From an uncultured Acetobacteraceae bacterium (GTDB lineage Bacteria > Pseudomonadota > Alphaproteobacteria > Acetobacterales > Acetobacteraceae), in the NCBI GenBank assembly GCA_964250815.1, contig CAXUIQ010000001.1, positions 1 to 48,111 on the forward strand: a stretch of DNA of 48,111 nt. Reading direction: 5' to 3'. The notes below the pieces were generated by a model. It did not search any database. It was not told the origin of the DNA and was given only the letters and a program-made list of their open reading frames with translations. Numbering within the stretch: the stretch's first letter is position 1; each line of letters starts with the position of its first letter. Below are positions 9,590-18,635 of the stretch, in pieces. Position numbers and translations under genes: made by a program.

Positions 9590-9965
9590 GGTTCAAATTG
9601 CCTATATACGGCACCCAGACAGCGAACTATTAGGAATGCCCACTTACTTTTGCTATCCGGAATGGCTATTTGATTTGATATCGCACTGGAATCTGTGCGT
9701 ATCAGTGAAATCACAAATCCGTCTGTTGACGCGCACAAGACTTCAACAGCAGGATACTAAGAGCATCTGTGCTGGCGCCCGCAAACCCGGCTGTTGCCGA
9801 ACAAGCACAATTATTTGTCGATGCAACTTGGAGACTTTACTACTTCCAGATGCGACTTCCTGATATTCTCAATGTCCGCTTGTCAACCGCCCTCAAGTGA
9901 TTTTACAACAAATGATCTCAAACTGAAGTGCCCACATAGTAGGGATCGTAAAGCCTATAATCCTT
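9590..9965. promoter_or_regulatory. AT-rich regulatory region between the divergent poxB and glycan-cluster genes
   Basis: Marked GC drop relative to flanks; inverted repeats at 9668-9718 and CTGTTGA-N13-TCAACAG (9723-9749); TATAAT at 9956-9961. Confidence 0.5.
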
Positions 9966-10391
9966 CTTCCTGGCCGGGCGGCGCCAGAGGCGGGGAGGAT
10001 AGGGACGATGGCGAATTCGCGGCAGGGGAAGCGATGTCAAACCCAATCAATGCCGAAAAGAAGTCCTTTGTGCGGGCGCCTGGGCCGTCCTGTCTGGGCG
10101 GCGTCCGCGAAGCGCCTCGCTCGGCATTGGAAACGGTGTCCGGAGGTCCTTCGCCGCTCCGCATCGGAACAGCCCGCCGCCCGAGGCCACCAAGCGCTTG
10201 CCGGCCGGGCACGCAAGGCTTGGCTGCGCTTCCGAGTGCGGCGATGGCCCCTTCAGCCAGCCCGCCGCGCCGCGCAACTGAACGCTGCCGCCATGCTCGA
10301 CATGCGGCCGCATGCCTGGCCAGCCGCGATCCCATTCGAAAACCGAGACTTGAAGACCCTGTCATGCGCTTGGAATTGGAAAGCTTGACCA

Positions 10392-11771
10392 ATGGCTGTT
10401 TCGAACCCCCGAAGCTTGGCGCGGCGTCAGTTCAGGCCGGCGACGATTTCCGTCTTGTCCGTTGTTGCGGGCCTTCTGGCTTTTAGCTCTGCCACGGTTG
10501 CCGATGGCGTCGTGTCCGACAAAGAGGGCGAGCCATCGACGCCAGCCGCGGCCGCGGCCCCAAGCCAGCCGAGAACTGCAATGCCCGAGGCGCTTAAACT
10601 GGCGGTCGGAGACAAGCTCAGGATCTCGTTCTATGAACGGCTCGGCGATGCCGAGGACAAATGGGCGAACCTGAATAGGCCGGCAAGACCGGAGTCAAGC
10701 TTCTACTTGCACACGGAGCTTTCTGGAGAGTTCTCGGTTCAAGCCGATTTTCGCATTTCAATTCCTTTGCTGGACGACTTCGTCGTGGCCAACCGCAGCA
10801 TGGCATACGTTGCTGCCGAACTTCAGTCGGCGTTTGTGAGGGTTGTCGGGCATCCAGGTTTCGTGAACATCGAAATCGCCGAACGTCAGCCGATATACGT
10901 CATCGGGCCAGTGAAGCAGCCTGGCGTGTTCAAGTATCAGCCGGGTCTGACGCCGCTGCACGTCGTCGCGCTTGCCGGCGGCTTCGTGCGCAACGAGATC
11001 GACCGGTACGCGGCGGTCGAAGCCATCAGGACAAGCGGCAAGTCGGCATTCTCGAACGGCCGGCTGAGGCGCGTGCTGGCCAAGCAGGCTGTCCTGCGTG
11101 CCGAGCTTGACGGCACCCCGGTGTCCATTCCTCGCCAGCTCGTCGAGCTTGCAGGGCCGCGGGACGCCGAAGCGACGGTCTCCGAGGAGCAGGCGCAGCG
11201 CGTGAGCGTGGTCAAGGCCCGCCAGCAAAGGCAAGAAGCCTTGTCGGTCGCCATCGAAACGGCACGGCGCGTGGTGCAGGTGACGCGCGAGCGGCTCGCG
11301 CCCCTGCAGGCAAGCATCGATTTGAGAAAAGGCCGTTTCGGCGGCATGCAGAAGCTGTTCAGCAACGGCACGGTCGGCAACCTGATGCTCGTGCAGGTGC
11401 AAAGCGAGCTTGCCGATGCCGAAGACCGGGAAGCGGGCGTCCACAGCACCATCGCAGAAGCGGAGCAACGCCTTTCCCTTGCCCAACTGGACGAGGCGAA
11501 GTTCAAGGCGGACACAAGCACCGAGATCGAACGGGAGATCGCCGCGCAGCAGCGCGAGATCGACGAGCTGATCCCGACCCTGGCGGCGGACGCCGGGGTG
11601 GCGAAGCTGCTTGGACCCGCCTTGAGCCCAGATGTGAGCGTCGAGAACGTCAGGTTCGAAGTCCTGCGGCGCAGCGAAGACAGCACAACCATGATCACCG
11701 ACGCTTCAGTGCAATTGCAGCCTGGCGACCTCGTGCGCGTCGTCGATACCGCTGCAAATCCGAGCAAATAG
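10392..11771 (+). CDS. Polysaccharide biosynthesis/export protein (ExoF/Wza-like: Poly_export, SLBB and long coiled coil)
   Basis: N-terminal signal or TM segment; LAVGDKLRISFYE, IYVIGPVKQPGVFKYQPGLT..VALAGG, coiled-coil middle and C-terminal LQPGDLVRV. Confidence 0.85.
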   Translation: MAVSNPRSLARRQFRPATISVLSVVAGLLAFSSATVADGVVSDKEGEPSTPAAAAAPSQPRTAMPEALKLAVGDKLRISFYERLGDAEDKWANLNRPARPESSFYLHTELSGEFSVQADFRISIPLLDDFVVANRSMAYVAAELQSAFVRVVGHPGFVNIEIAERQPIYVIGPVKQPGVFKYQPGLTPLHVVALAGGFVRNEIDRYAAVEAIRTSGKSAFSNGRLRRVLAKQAVLRAELDGTPVSIPRQLVELAGPRDAEATVSEEQAQRVSVVKARQQRQEALSVAIETARRVVQVTRERLAPLQASIDLRKGRFGGMQKLFSNGTVGNLMLVQVQSELADAEDREAGVHSTIAEAEQRLSLAQLDEAKFKADTSTEIEREIAAQQREIDELIPTLAADAGVAKLLGPALSPDVSVENVRFEVLRRSEDSTTMITDASVQLQPGDLVRVVDTAANPSK

Positions 11772-11797
11772 GCGACAGATGTCCATGGAGGCTTGAC

Positions 11798-12586
11798 TTG
11801 TCTGTTCTGCATCAGCCGCCCAAGCCGGACCCGGACCCCGGCAGGCTCGGCAGCTCCGGCGCCTTTCCCGCGATGCCCCGCGTGTCGGTGGTGATCCCGA
11901 CGTTGAACGAAGCGGAGAACCTCCGTATCCTGCTTCCGCTGATGCCGGATTGGGTCCATGAGATCATCGTCGTCGATGGCCATTCCACCGACAACACCGT
12001 CGAGGTGGCGCGCAGCCACTCCAGCCGGATGAGGATCGTCGCCGCGGCGCAGCGCGGCAAGGGCGCGGCGCTGCGGTCCGGCTTCGCGGCCGCGTCGGGG
12101 GACGTCATCGTCGCGCTGGACGCCGACTGCTCGATGCACCCCCGGGAAATCATCTTCTTCGTCGGCGCGCTCATGGCTGGCGGCGATTTCGCAAGGGGGT
12201 CGCGGTTCCTCCAGGGCGGAGGCACAAGCGACATGTCCGCCATCCGGATGCTCGGCAACTGGGGACTGACCCAGGCTGTCCGCGCCCTGTACGGCGGATC
12301 GTTCAGCGACCTCTGCTACGGCTACTTCGCATTCTGGCAGAAGCATTGCGAGCTTTTGAAGCCGAACTGCGACGGGTTCGAGGTGGAAACGTTCCTCAAC
12401 GTCCAGGCGCTCAAGGCCGGCTTGAGGATCGTGGAGGTTCCAAGCCTTGAGGCTGCGCGGCTGCACGGCGAAAGCAACCTCCGCGCCTTTCCGGACGGCT
12501 GGCGCGTCTTGAAGGTGATCGTGCGCGAGCGCTTCGCTCCCGCAAGCCGGTTGGCCGCCCCCGTGGCGGCGGGCCACTTGGGTTGA
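11798..12586 (+). CDS. GT2 glycosyltransferase, dolichol/polyprenol-phosphate mannose synthase-like
   Basis: VSVVIPTLNE, VVDGHSTDNT, GKGAAL, LDADCS, GSRF, GFEVETFL and R.HGESNL; TTG start after GGAGG (alternative ATG 11873). Confidence 0.88.
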   Translation: MSVLHQPPKPDPDPGRLGSSGAFPAMPRVSVVIPTLNEAENLRILLPLMPDWVHEIIVVDGHSTDNTVEVARSHSSRMRIVAAAQRGKGAALRSGFAAASGDVIVALDADCSMHPREIIFFVGALMAGGDFARGSRFLQGGGTSDMSAIRMLGNWGLTQAVRALYGGSFSDLCYGYFAFWQKHCELLKPNCDGFEVETFLNVQALKAGLRIVEVPSLEAARLHGESNLRAFPDGWRVLKVIVRERFAPASRLAAPVAAGHLG

Positions 12587-13773
12587 GTCCCGCGTCCCCT
12601 GCCACCGAGGCAGGCGGCGGCGGTCCGCCGGCCGTCGGCGCAGGCCCGCGCCGCCCGGCAGGCAGGTGCGAAGCCGGGCCGTTGCGCATCCTGATGCTGA
12701 CGCCGAGATACCTCCCCGACATGGGCGGCATCGAAACCCACGTCCACGAGGTCGCCCGGCGGCTCGCGGCGAAGGGGCATTCGGTTGCGGTGCTGACGAC
12801 CGACCGGACCGGGTCGCTGGCCGCGGACGAGGTTGCGGCGGGCGTGCGGATCAGGCGGGTGAAAGCCTGGCCGAGGCGCCGCGACTACTACGTTGCCCCC
12901 GGACTCTGGGGCGAAGTCGGGAACGCCGGCTGCGACATCATCCATGTGCAGGGCTGCCACACGTTCGTGGCGCCGCTTGGCATGCTCGCCGCGGCCCGGA
13001 ACGGCATCCCGTTCGTGATCACCTTCCACAGCGGAGGCCATTCCTCGGCCGCGAGGAACCTGCTGCGGAGCGCGCAATGGGCCGTCCTCCGCGGCCTGGT
13101 GCGCCGCGCGGCCCACTGGATCGCGGTTTCGCGGTTCGAGGCGGACCTGTTCAGCGCGAAGATGCGCCTCCCGCGCGGCCGGGTCAGCGTGGTGCCGAAC
13201 GGCGCCCAGCTCGCCTGGCGCGGCCGTCCGGACGCTGCCGAGGCCGGGCCTCCGCTGATCGTGTCCATCGGGCGCCTCGAACGCTACAAAGGCCATCACC
13301 GCGCGATCGAGGCGATGCCCGAACTGCTGAAGCGCGTCCCCGGGGCCAAGCTGCGCATCCTGGGCGAAGGGCCTTACAAGCCGGACCTCCTCGCGCTTGC
13401 CGGACGGCTCGGGCTTGGCAACTCCGTCGAGATCGGCGGAGTTCCTCCGTCCGAGCGGGGCCGGTTGGCAGCCATCCTCGGCTCGGCGTCGCTCGTTGTC
13501 CTGCTGAGCGCCTACGAGGCGCATCCGGTGGCCGTGCTTGAGGCGCTCGCCTTGGGCCGCCGCGTCCTTGTCACGGACTGCTCGGGCTTCACCGAAATGG
13601 CGGAGGAAGGCCTCGTCGAAACCGTGGCGCCCGGCGCATCCTGCGCGCAGGTCGCCGACGCGATGGCGGCGGCGCTCGCCGACGGCCGCGCCCGCGCCAC
13701 GGTCGCCCTGCCGAGCTGGGAGGACTGCGCCGACCGGCTGGAGGACATCTATCGCCGGGCGCTCAGCGTTTGA
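12583..13773 (+). CDS. GT4 (GT-B) glycosyltransferase
   Basis: RILMLTPRYLPDMGGIE, VVPNG, IGRLERYKG and EAHPVAVLEA (E-x7-E); exact start uncertain. Confidence 0.9.
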   Translation: MSPASPATEAGGGGPPAVGAGPRRPAGRCEAGPLRILMLTPRYLPDMGGIETHVHEVARRLAAKGHSVAVLTTDRTGSLAADEVAAGVRIRRVKAWPRRRDYYVAPGLWGEVGNAGCDIIHVQGCHTFVAPLGMLAAARNGIPFVITFHSGGHSSAARNLLRSAQWAVLRGLVRRAAHWIAVSRFEADLFSAKMRLPRGRVSVVPNGAQLAWRGRPDAAEAGPPLIVSIGRLERYKGHHRAIEAMPELLKRVPGAKLRILGEGPYKPDLLALAGRLGLGNSVEIGGVPPSERGRLAAILGSASLVVLLSAYEAHPVAVLEALALGRRVLVTDCSGFTEMAEEGLVETVAPGASCAQVADAMAAALADGRARATVALPSWEDCADRLEDIYRRALSV

Positions 13774-13775
13774 GG

Positions 13776-15773
13776 ATGCCGGCCGCCGACAAGGCTTCGC
13801 GCGCCCGCGGTCTCCGGCTGGAGCGGCATGCGGGCACGAGGCGGCGGTCCCGCGGCCCGGCGGGCGCCTTCCTCCACCTGATCGGGCCGGCCCTCAAGCT
13901 TGACGCCGCCCCGGACACGGCGCCCATCAATCTCTGGTGGATCGCGGCGCTCGGCCTGACCAGCGCGTCGTGCCTGCTGGCGATTGCCGTCGCCCATTAC
14001 GGCGGCTTCCGGGAGCGCGGCTGGGCGTTTCCGCTGCTGTGGTCCGGCTTCGCCATGCTGTTCCTCCCGGTTGCCATGCGAGCGGCCTGGCCGGCAACGG
14101 CCCGCGGCGAGCGCGTGGCGCTTCTGCTCCTGCTCGCCGTCGCGACCTACGGCATCAAGCTGCTGCATTCCCCGGCGGCATTCGCGCATTTCGACGAATT
14201 CCTGCACTGGGTCACCGCCCTGGACATCAGCGAGTTCCACAAGCTCTTCCTGCCCAACTCCCTGCTGCCGATCAGCCCGCTGTACCCGGGACTCGAACTG
14301 GCGGCGACCGCCATCGCCGGGATGACCGGCCTTTCGATCTTTGCGGCCTCGGTGGTCCTGCTGGCCGTTTTCCGGGTCCTTCTGGTGTGCGCCTTGTTCT
14401 CGTTCTACGAACGGGTTTGCGGCTGCGCCAGGATGGCGGCCATCGCTTGCCTCGTGTACATGGGGAACTCCGGGTTCGTCCTCTTCGACAACCAGTTCGC
14501 TTACGAAAGCCTTGCCCTCGTCCTCTTCGTCTTCGCCATGCTCGCGACGGCGCTCTTCGAGGACGGGCGGTCGTCGAAGCCGGTCGTCGCGCTCGGGTTG
14601 GTCGTGCCGTTCTTCGCCGCCTTGGCGGTTTCGCACCATATGTCGGCGTTCTTCTCCGCCGTGTTCATGCTGCTGCTCGCGCTCCTGGGCTGGCTGGGTT
14701 CGGAGCGGACAACCCGGCGCATCGGCTTGTCGGCCTTTGCCGCCATGGCGCTCCTGCTGCCAACGGCCTGGTCGTGGGTCCAGGGCAACCCGTCCGCCGG
14801 CTACCTCGGACCGATCGTCGAAGCGGGCGCAACCGAACTCGCGGCGTTCATAAGCGGCGCGTCGAAGGCAAGGAAGCTGTTCGTGCTGCCGAGCGGCGTG
14901 CAGACGCCGATCCCGCTCAGGACGGCAAGCATCCTCTCGCTCCTGCTCGTGGCGGCCGGCCTGTCAACCGGCTTCATGCGGTCCCTGGCGATGGCGGCCC
15001 GGCAGCCGGGCGGCTGGCCGGCCCTGCTCCAATGCCTCCGCCTCCGCTGGACGAACCGTTGGATGGTTCTGCTGGCCCTCGTTTCCACGGGCCTGCCAGT
15101 CTCGGTCGGCTTCCGCCTGACCTCCGCCGGATGGGAGATCGGCAACCGCATGGGGCCGTTCGTGTTCATCGGCGTCGGCTTCGTCGTGGCGGCGGGCATC
15201 GTCCATCTCTGGCAACCGAACCAAGCGCGTTGGTGGCCGGCTTTCGGCGTCGGCGCCGCGCTCACGGCCAACTTCGTGGGCGGCATCGTGACCGGCTGGG
15301 GCGTCGGTGCCCTACGAACCCTCTACGCGGTGTCCGCGGACGCCTCGTCCATCGAACCCATGGGGATCGACGCGGCGCTCTGGACGAAGCAGTGGCTCGG
15401 CCCGGGCCATCGGTTCGCGAGCGACCGGGAGAACCAACTGCTCCTGGCGACCTACGGGCGGCAGGACATCGCGACGCAGCTGGCGGACGGCGTCGGCACG
15501 TCCAGCGTCTTCCTTGCGCCGACGCTTTCCGGCAACGAACTCTACACCATCAAGCAAGACCGGATCGCCTACCTCCTCGCCGACCTGCGCCTGACCGCGG
15601 CCCTGCCGGCTCTCGGGCACTACTACGAGCAGGACGAGTTCCCGGACGGCGTGCTGACGCCTCCGGAAGCGTCCTCGCTCCTGAAATTCGACCACATCCG
15701 CTCCGTAAGCCGAGTGTTCGACAACGGCTCGATCGTGATCTTCGACGTGAGGCGGCTGCGCGATGCCCGGTAG
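13776..15773 (+). CDS. Polytopic membrane protein, possible GT-C-fold glycosyltransferase or polymerase
   Basis: About 665 aa with many hydrophobic helices, an early loop FDEFLHW..SPLYPGLE, QFAYESLAL and SHH motifs, and a soluble C-terminal domain ending RVFDNGSIVIFD. Confidence 0.6.
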   Translation: MPAADKASRARGLRLERHAGTRRRSRGPAGAFLHLIGPALKLDAAPDTAPINLWWIAALGLTSASCLLAIAVAHYGGFRERGWAFPLLWSGFAMLFLPVAMRAAWPATARGERVALLLLLAVATYGIKLLHSPAAFAHFDEFLHWVTALDISEFHKLFLPNSLLPISPLYPGLELAATAIAGMTGLSIFAASVVLLAVFRVLLVCALFSFYERVCGCARMAAIACLVYMGNSGFVLFDNQFAYESLALVLFVFAMLATALFEDGRSSKPVVALGLVVPFFAALAVSHHMSAFFSAVFMLLLALLGWLGSERTTRRIGLSAFAAMALLLPTAWSWVQGNPSAGYLGPIVEAGATELAAFISGASKARKLFVLPSGVQTPIPLRTASILSLLLVAAGLSTGFMRSLAMAARQPGGWPALLQCLRLRWTNRWMVLLALVSTGLPVSVGFRLTSAGWEIGNRMGPFVFIGVGFVVAAGIVHLWQPNQARWWPAFGVGAALTANFVGGIVTGWGVGALRTLYAVSADASSIEPMGIDAALWTKQWLGPGHRFASDRENQLLLATYGRQDIATQLADGVGTSSVFLAPTLSGNELYTIKQDRIAYLLADLRLTAALPALGHYYEQDEFPDGVLTPPEASSLLKFDHIRSVSRVFDNGSIVIFDVRRLRDAR

Positions 15774-16524
15774 GAACACTGGCCTTGTCCTGTCGTGCCT
15801 TTGGGCGGCAGGCGCGGTCGCGGCGGTTTCGGCAACCGACAGCGTTGCGCTCCGCGGGCTGGCCTGCATCCCGTTGGCCCTGTACTGGCCCGGATATGCG
15901 TTCCTGCGCGCGGTCGGGCAGAAGGCCTCGCCCATCGAGTGGCACGCGCTCGCCATGGCGTGGAGCGTGGCAGCGGTCATCCTGGGCGGCTTCCTGCTGA
16001 ACGGCGTCCACCTGCTCGGGCCGCTGGGATGGGCCGGATGGCTCGCCGCGGTGGTCGCCGTTTCCTCGCTCGTCGCCATGGCCCGCGGCGGCGATGGCGT
16101 GCCGCTGCCCGGCAGGCGCCTGTTGCGGGCGGTCAGCCTCGGGCAAGGCGTGCTCTTCGCGGCGGCCGCGCTCGTGGCCTTTGCGGCATTCCAGTTCGCG
16201 GCCTGGGACCGCCAAAGCTTCCGGCAGTTCCGTTACACCGCGTTCTGGATGCTGCCCGACGACGCCCGGCGCCCGAGCGCCGTCACGATCGGGGCCAGGA
16301 ACGCCGAGGACCGTCCGATGCTGTATGACATCGAGGTCACGCAGGACGGCCGCATCCTCGCCATATGGCGGTCCCTCGCGCTGCAGCCCGGCGAAAGCGT
16401 CACGAAGGAACTTGCGGTCGCGCCGCCGCCGCACGACGACGCGAAGATCGAGGCCCGGCTTTTCGAGACCGGCCACCGCGACCGCGTTTACCGGAAGGCG
16501 TGGGTCCAAGCAGGCGGCGGGTAG
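15763..16524 (+). CDS. Membrane protein, DUF1616-like (N-terminal TMs plus C-terminal Ig-like soluble domain)
   Basis: LYWPGYAFLRA motif, 4-5 TM segments, then FRYTAFWMLP...IGARNAE...Y.IEV...LQPGES...VYRKAWV. Confidence 0.55.
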   Translation: MPGRNTGLVLSCLWAAGAVAAVSATDSVALRGLACIPLALYWPGYAFLRAVGQKASPIEWHALAMAWSVAAVILGGFLLNGVHLLGPLGWAGWLAAVVAVSSLVAMARGGDGVPLPGRRLLRAVSLGQGVLFAAAALVAFAAFQFAAWDRQSFRQFRYTAFWMLPDDARRPSAVTIGARNAEDRPMLYDIEVTQDGRILAIWRSLALQPGESVTKELAVAPPPHDDAKIEARLFETGHRDRVYRKAWVQAGGG

Positions 16525-16530
16525 AGGGCG

Positions 16531-17790
16531 ATGCGCATCCTTCTGCTGAGCCAGTTCTATCCACCCATCATCGGCGGCGAGGAGCGCCACGTCCGGAATC
16601 TCGGCGCCGCCCTCGCGCAGCGGGGCCACCAGGTGTGCGTGGCGACGCTCCGGCATCCCGGCGCAAGCCACTCCGAGATGGACGGCGACGTGCAGGTCGT
16701 GCGGCTCCGGGGCACGTTGCAGCGCGTGTCCGCGCTCTTCTCGGAACCCGGGCGCCGCCATGCCCCGCCGTTTCCCGATCCCGAACTGGTGGCCGGACTG
16801 GCCCGCGTCCTCAGGCAGCAACGGCCCGACATCGTGCATGCCCACAACTGGATGGTGCACGCCTACCTGCCCTTGAAGCGGTTCTTCCCGGCGTCCCTTG
16901 TGCTGACGCTGCACGACTACAGCCTCGCGTGCGCAAAGAAGAACCTCATGCGCGACGACGGGCCATGTTCCGGGCCGGGCCTTTCAAAGTGCCCGCCTTG
17001 CGCGACGCGGCACTACGGTGCCGTGAAGGGCGGGGTGACCTATCTGGCGAACCAGGCTTCAAGTGCCTTGGCCCGCAGAATGGTGGACAAGTTCCTCGCG
17101 GTCAGCCACGCCGTCGCCGACCTGAACGGCCTGGGCGGCGCTGGCGGCAAGTGCGAGGTGATCCCTAACTTTGTTTCGGACGACGCAGGCGTCCTCGCGC
17201 CGGAGCCCGACCCTCGCATGGGGGAGTTGCCGGCCGGCCCCTACCTGCTCTTCGTTGGCGACCTCAATCGGCAGAAGGGCGTGCCGGTTCTCGCCGACGC
17301 CTACCGCCGGCTCCGGCAGGCGCCGCCGCTGGTCCTGATTGGCCGGGCTTTTCCGGACGGGCCTCGCGATTTTCCGGAAGGGACGCACGTGTTCAGCGCC
17401 TGGCCGCACGCGGCGGTCATGCAGGCTTGGCAGGGGTGCCTGTTCGGCATCGCCCCCTCGGTGTGGCCGGAGCCGTGCGCGACGGTCGTGATGGAAGGCA
17501 TGGCCCTCGGCAAGCCCATGGTCGTCACGGCTGTCGGCGGGATGCCGGATCTCGTCGAGCATGAGCGGAACGGGCTTGTCGTGCCGCCCGGCGATGCCGG
17601 CGCGCTCGCCGCTGCGATGCAGCGGCTCGTGGACGACGACGCCCTGCGCCGGCGCCTGGCGGCCCGAAGCCTCCAACGGGTCGAGGCGCTGAAAGCCAAA
17701 TCGGTCGTGGCTCGGATCGAGGCGATCTACCGCCACCTGGCGCCGGACGGGCAACCCGTCCTGCAACACGCCGAAAGGCTGGCCCAGTGA
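16531..17790 (+). CDS. GT4 (GT-B) glycosyltransferase with a Cys-rich insert
   Basis: MRILLLSQFYPPIIGGEE, PDIVHAHN, TLHDY, FVGDL..QKG and EPCATVVMEG (E-x7-E). Confidence 0.92.
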   Translation: MRILLLSQFYPPIIGGEERHVRNLGAALAQRGHQVCVATLRHPGASHSEMDGDVQVVRLRGTLQRVSALFSEPGRRHAPPFPDPELVAGLARVLRQQRPDIVHAHNWMVHAYLPLKRFFPASLVLTLHDYSLACAKKNLMRDDGPCSGPGLSKCPPCATRHYGAVKGGVTYLANQASSALARRMVDKFLAVSHAVADLNGLGGAGGKCEVIPNFVSDDAGVLAPEPDPRMGELPAGPYLLFVGDLNRQKGVPVLADAYRRLRQAPPLVLIGRAFPDGPRDFPEGTHVFSAWPHAAVMQAWQGCLFGIAPSVWPEPCATVVMEGMALGKPMVVTAVGGMPDLVEHERNGLVVPPGDAGALAAAMQRLVDDDALRRRLAARSLQRVEALKAKSVVARIEAIYRHLAPDGQPVLQHAERLAQ

Positions 17791-18635
17791 CGGCCGCGGA
17801 CGCCGGTGCGAGGCAGGCATGGGGGGCTGCAAGCCCGGCCGCGCGTTCGGCCACGCCCATTCTCATGTACCACAGCATCTCGGACCGGGCGCCTCGCCGC
17901 TTCCGGAGGTTCGCCGTCTCGCCGCAGCAGTTCGAGGGGCATCTCCAACACCTCCGCGACCGCGGCTACGCCGCCCTCACCACCAGCGACCTCGTGCGGA
18001 GCCGGGCAGGAAAGGCGGCGCCGATGCCGGAGCGGACCGTCGTCCTGACCTTCGACGATGGCTTCGCGGACTTCTACGACATGGCGATGCCGGTGCTTGC
18101 ACAATTCCGGATGCGGGCGACGCTCTACGTCGCAACCGGCCATGTCGGGCAAACAAGCGCCTGGCTCGGCCGCGCCGGCGGCCGGCAGCCGATGCTGAGT
18201 TGGCCGCAGGTCGCGGAACTCTCGCGCCGCGGCATCGAGATCGGCGCGCACTCGGTCTCCCACCGTGCGCTCGACGCGCTGCCGCCCGAGGCGGCCCGTT
18301 CGGAGATCGTCTCGTCGAAGCAGGCGATCGAGGACCGGATTGGCATGGCGGTCAGCAGCTTTGCGTATCCGTTCGGCTGCCATGCGCCATCCGTGCGCCG
18401 CGCGGTGCAGGCAGCCGGCTACACGTCGGCCTGCGCGGTGGGGTACCGCAGAAGCGGTGCCGAGGAGGCCCTTTTCGCGTTGTCCCGCCACATCGTGCGG
18501 GACACCTCGGACACCGCGGCGCTGGACGCGCTCGTTTCGGAGCGCGGGGTTCCGCTCTCCGTGAGATTCGACCGGCTCCGGTCAGCCGCGTGGGCACAAG
18601 CCCGCCGGCACGTCCTGGGATGCCCGCATGACTGA
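17787..18635 (+). CDS. Polysaccharide deacetylase (CE4, NodB domain, IcaB/PgaB-like)
   Basis: PILMYH, LTFDDG, IGAHSVSH and FAYPFG motifs; no obvious signal peptide. Confidence 0.92.
   Translation: MTAADAGARQAWGAASPAARSATPILMYHSISDRAPRRFRRFAVSPQQFEGHLQHLRDRGYAALTTSDLVRSRAGKAAPMPERTVVLTFDDGFADFYDMAMPVLAQFRMRATLYVATGHVGQTSAWLGRAGGRQPMLSWPQVAELSRRGIEIGAHSVSHRALDALPPEAARSEIVSSKQAIEDRIGMAVSSFAYPFGCHAPSVRRAVQAAGYTSACAVGYRRSGAEEALFALSRHIVRDTSDTAALDALVSERGVPLSVRFDRLRSAAWAQARRHVLGCPHD

Noticed and set aside
8742-9590. Several 150-300 aa ORFs upstream of poxB, including the peptide MARFTDETAAWTLRAAAFRLDL
   Set aside because: No recognisable domain, RBS or consistent coding frame; may be decayed DNA but cannot be supported
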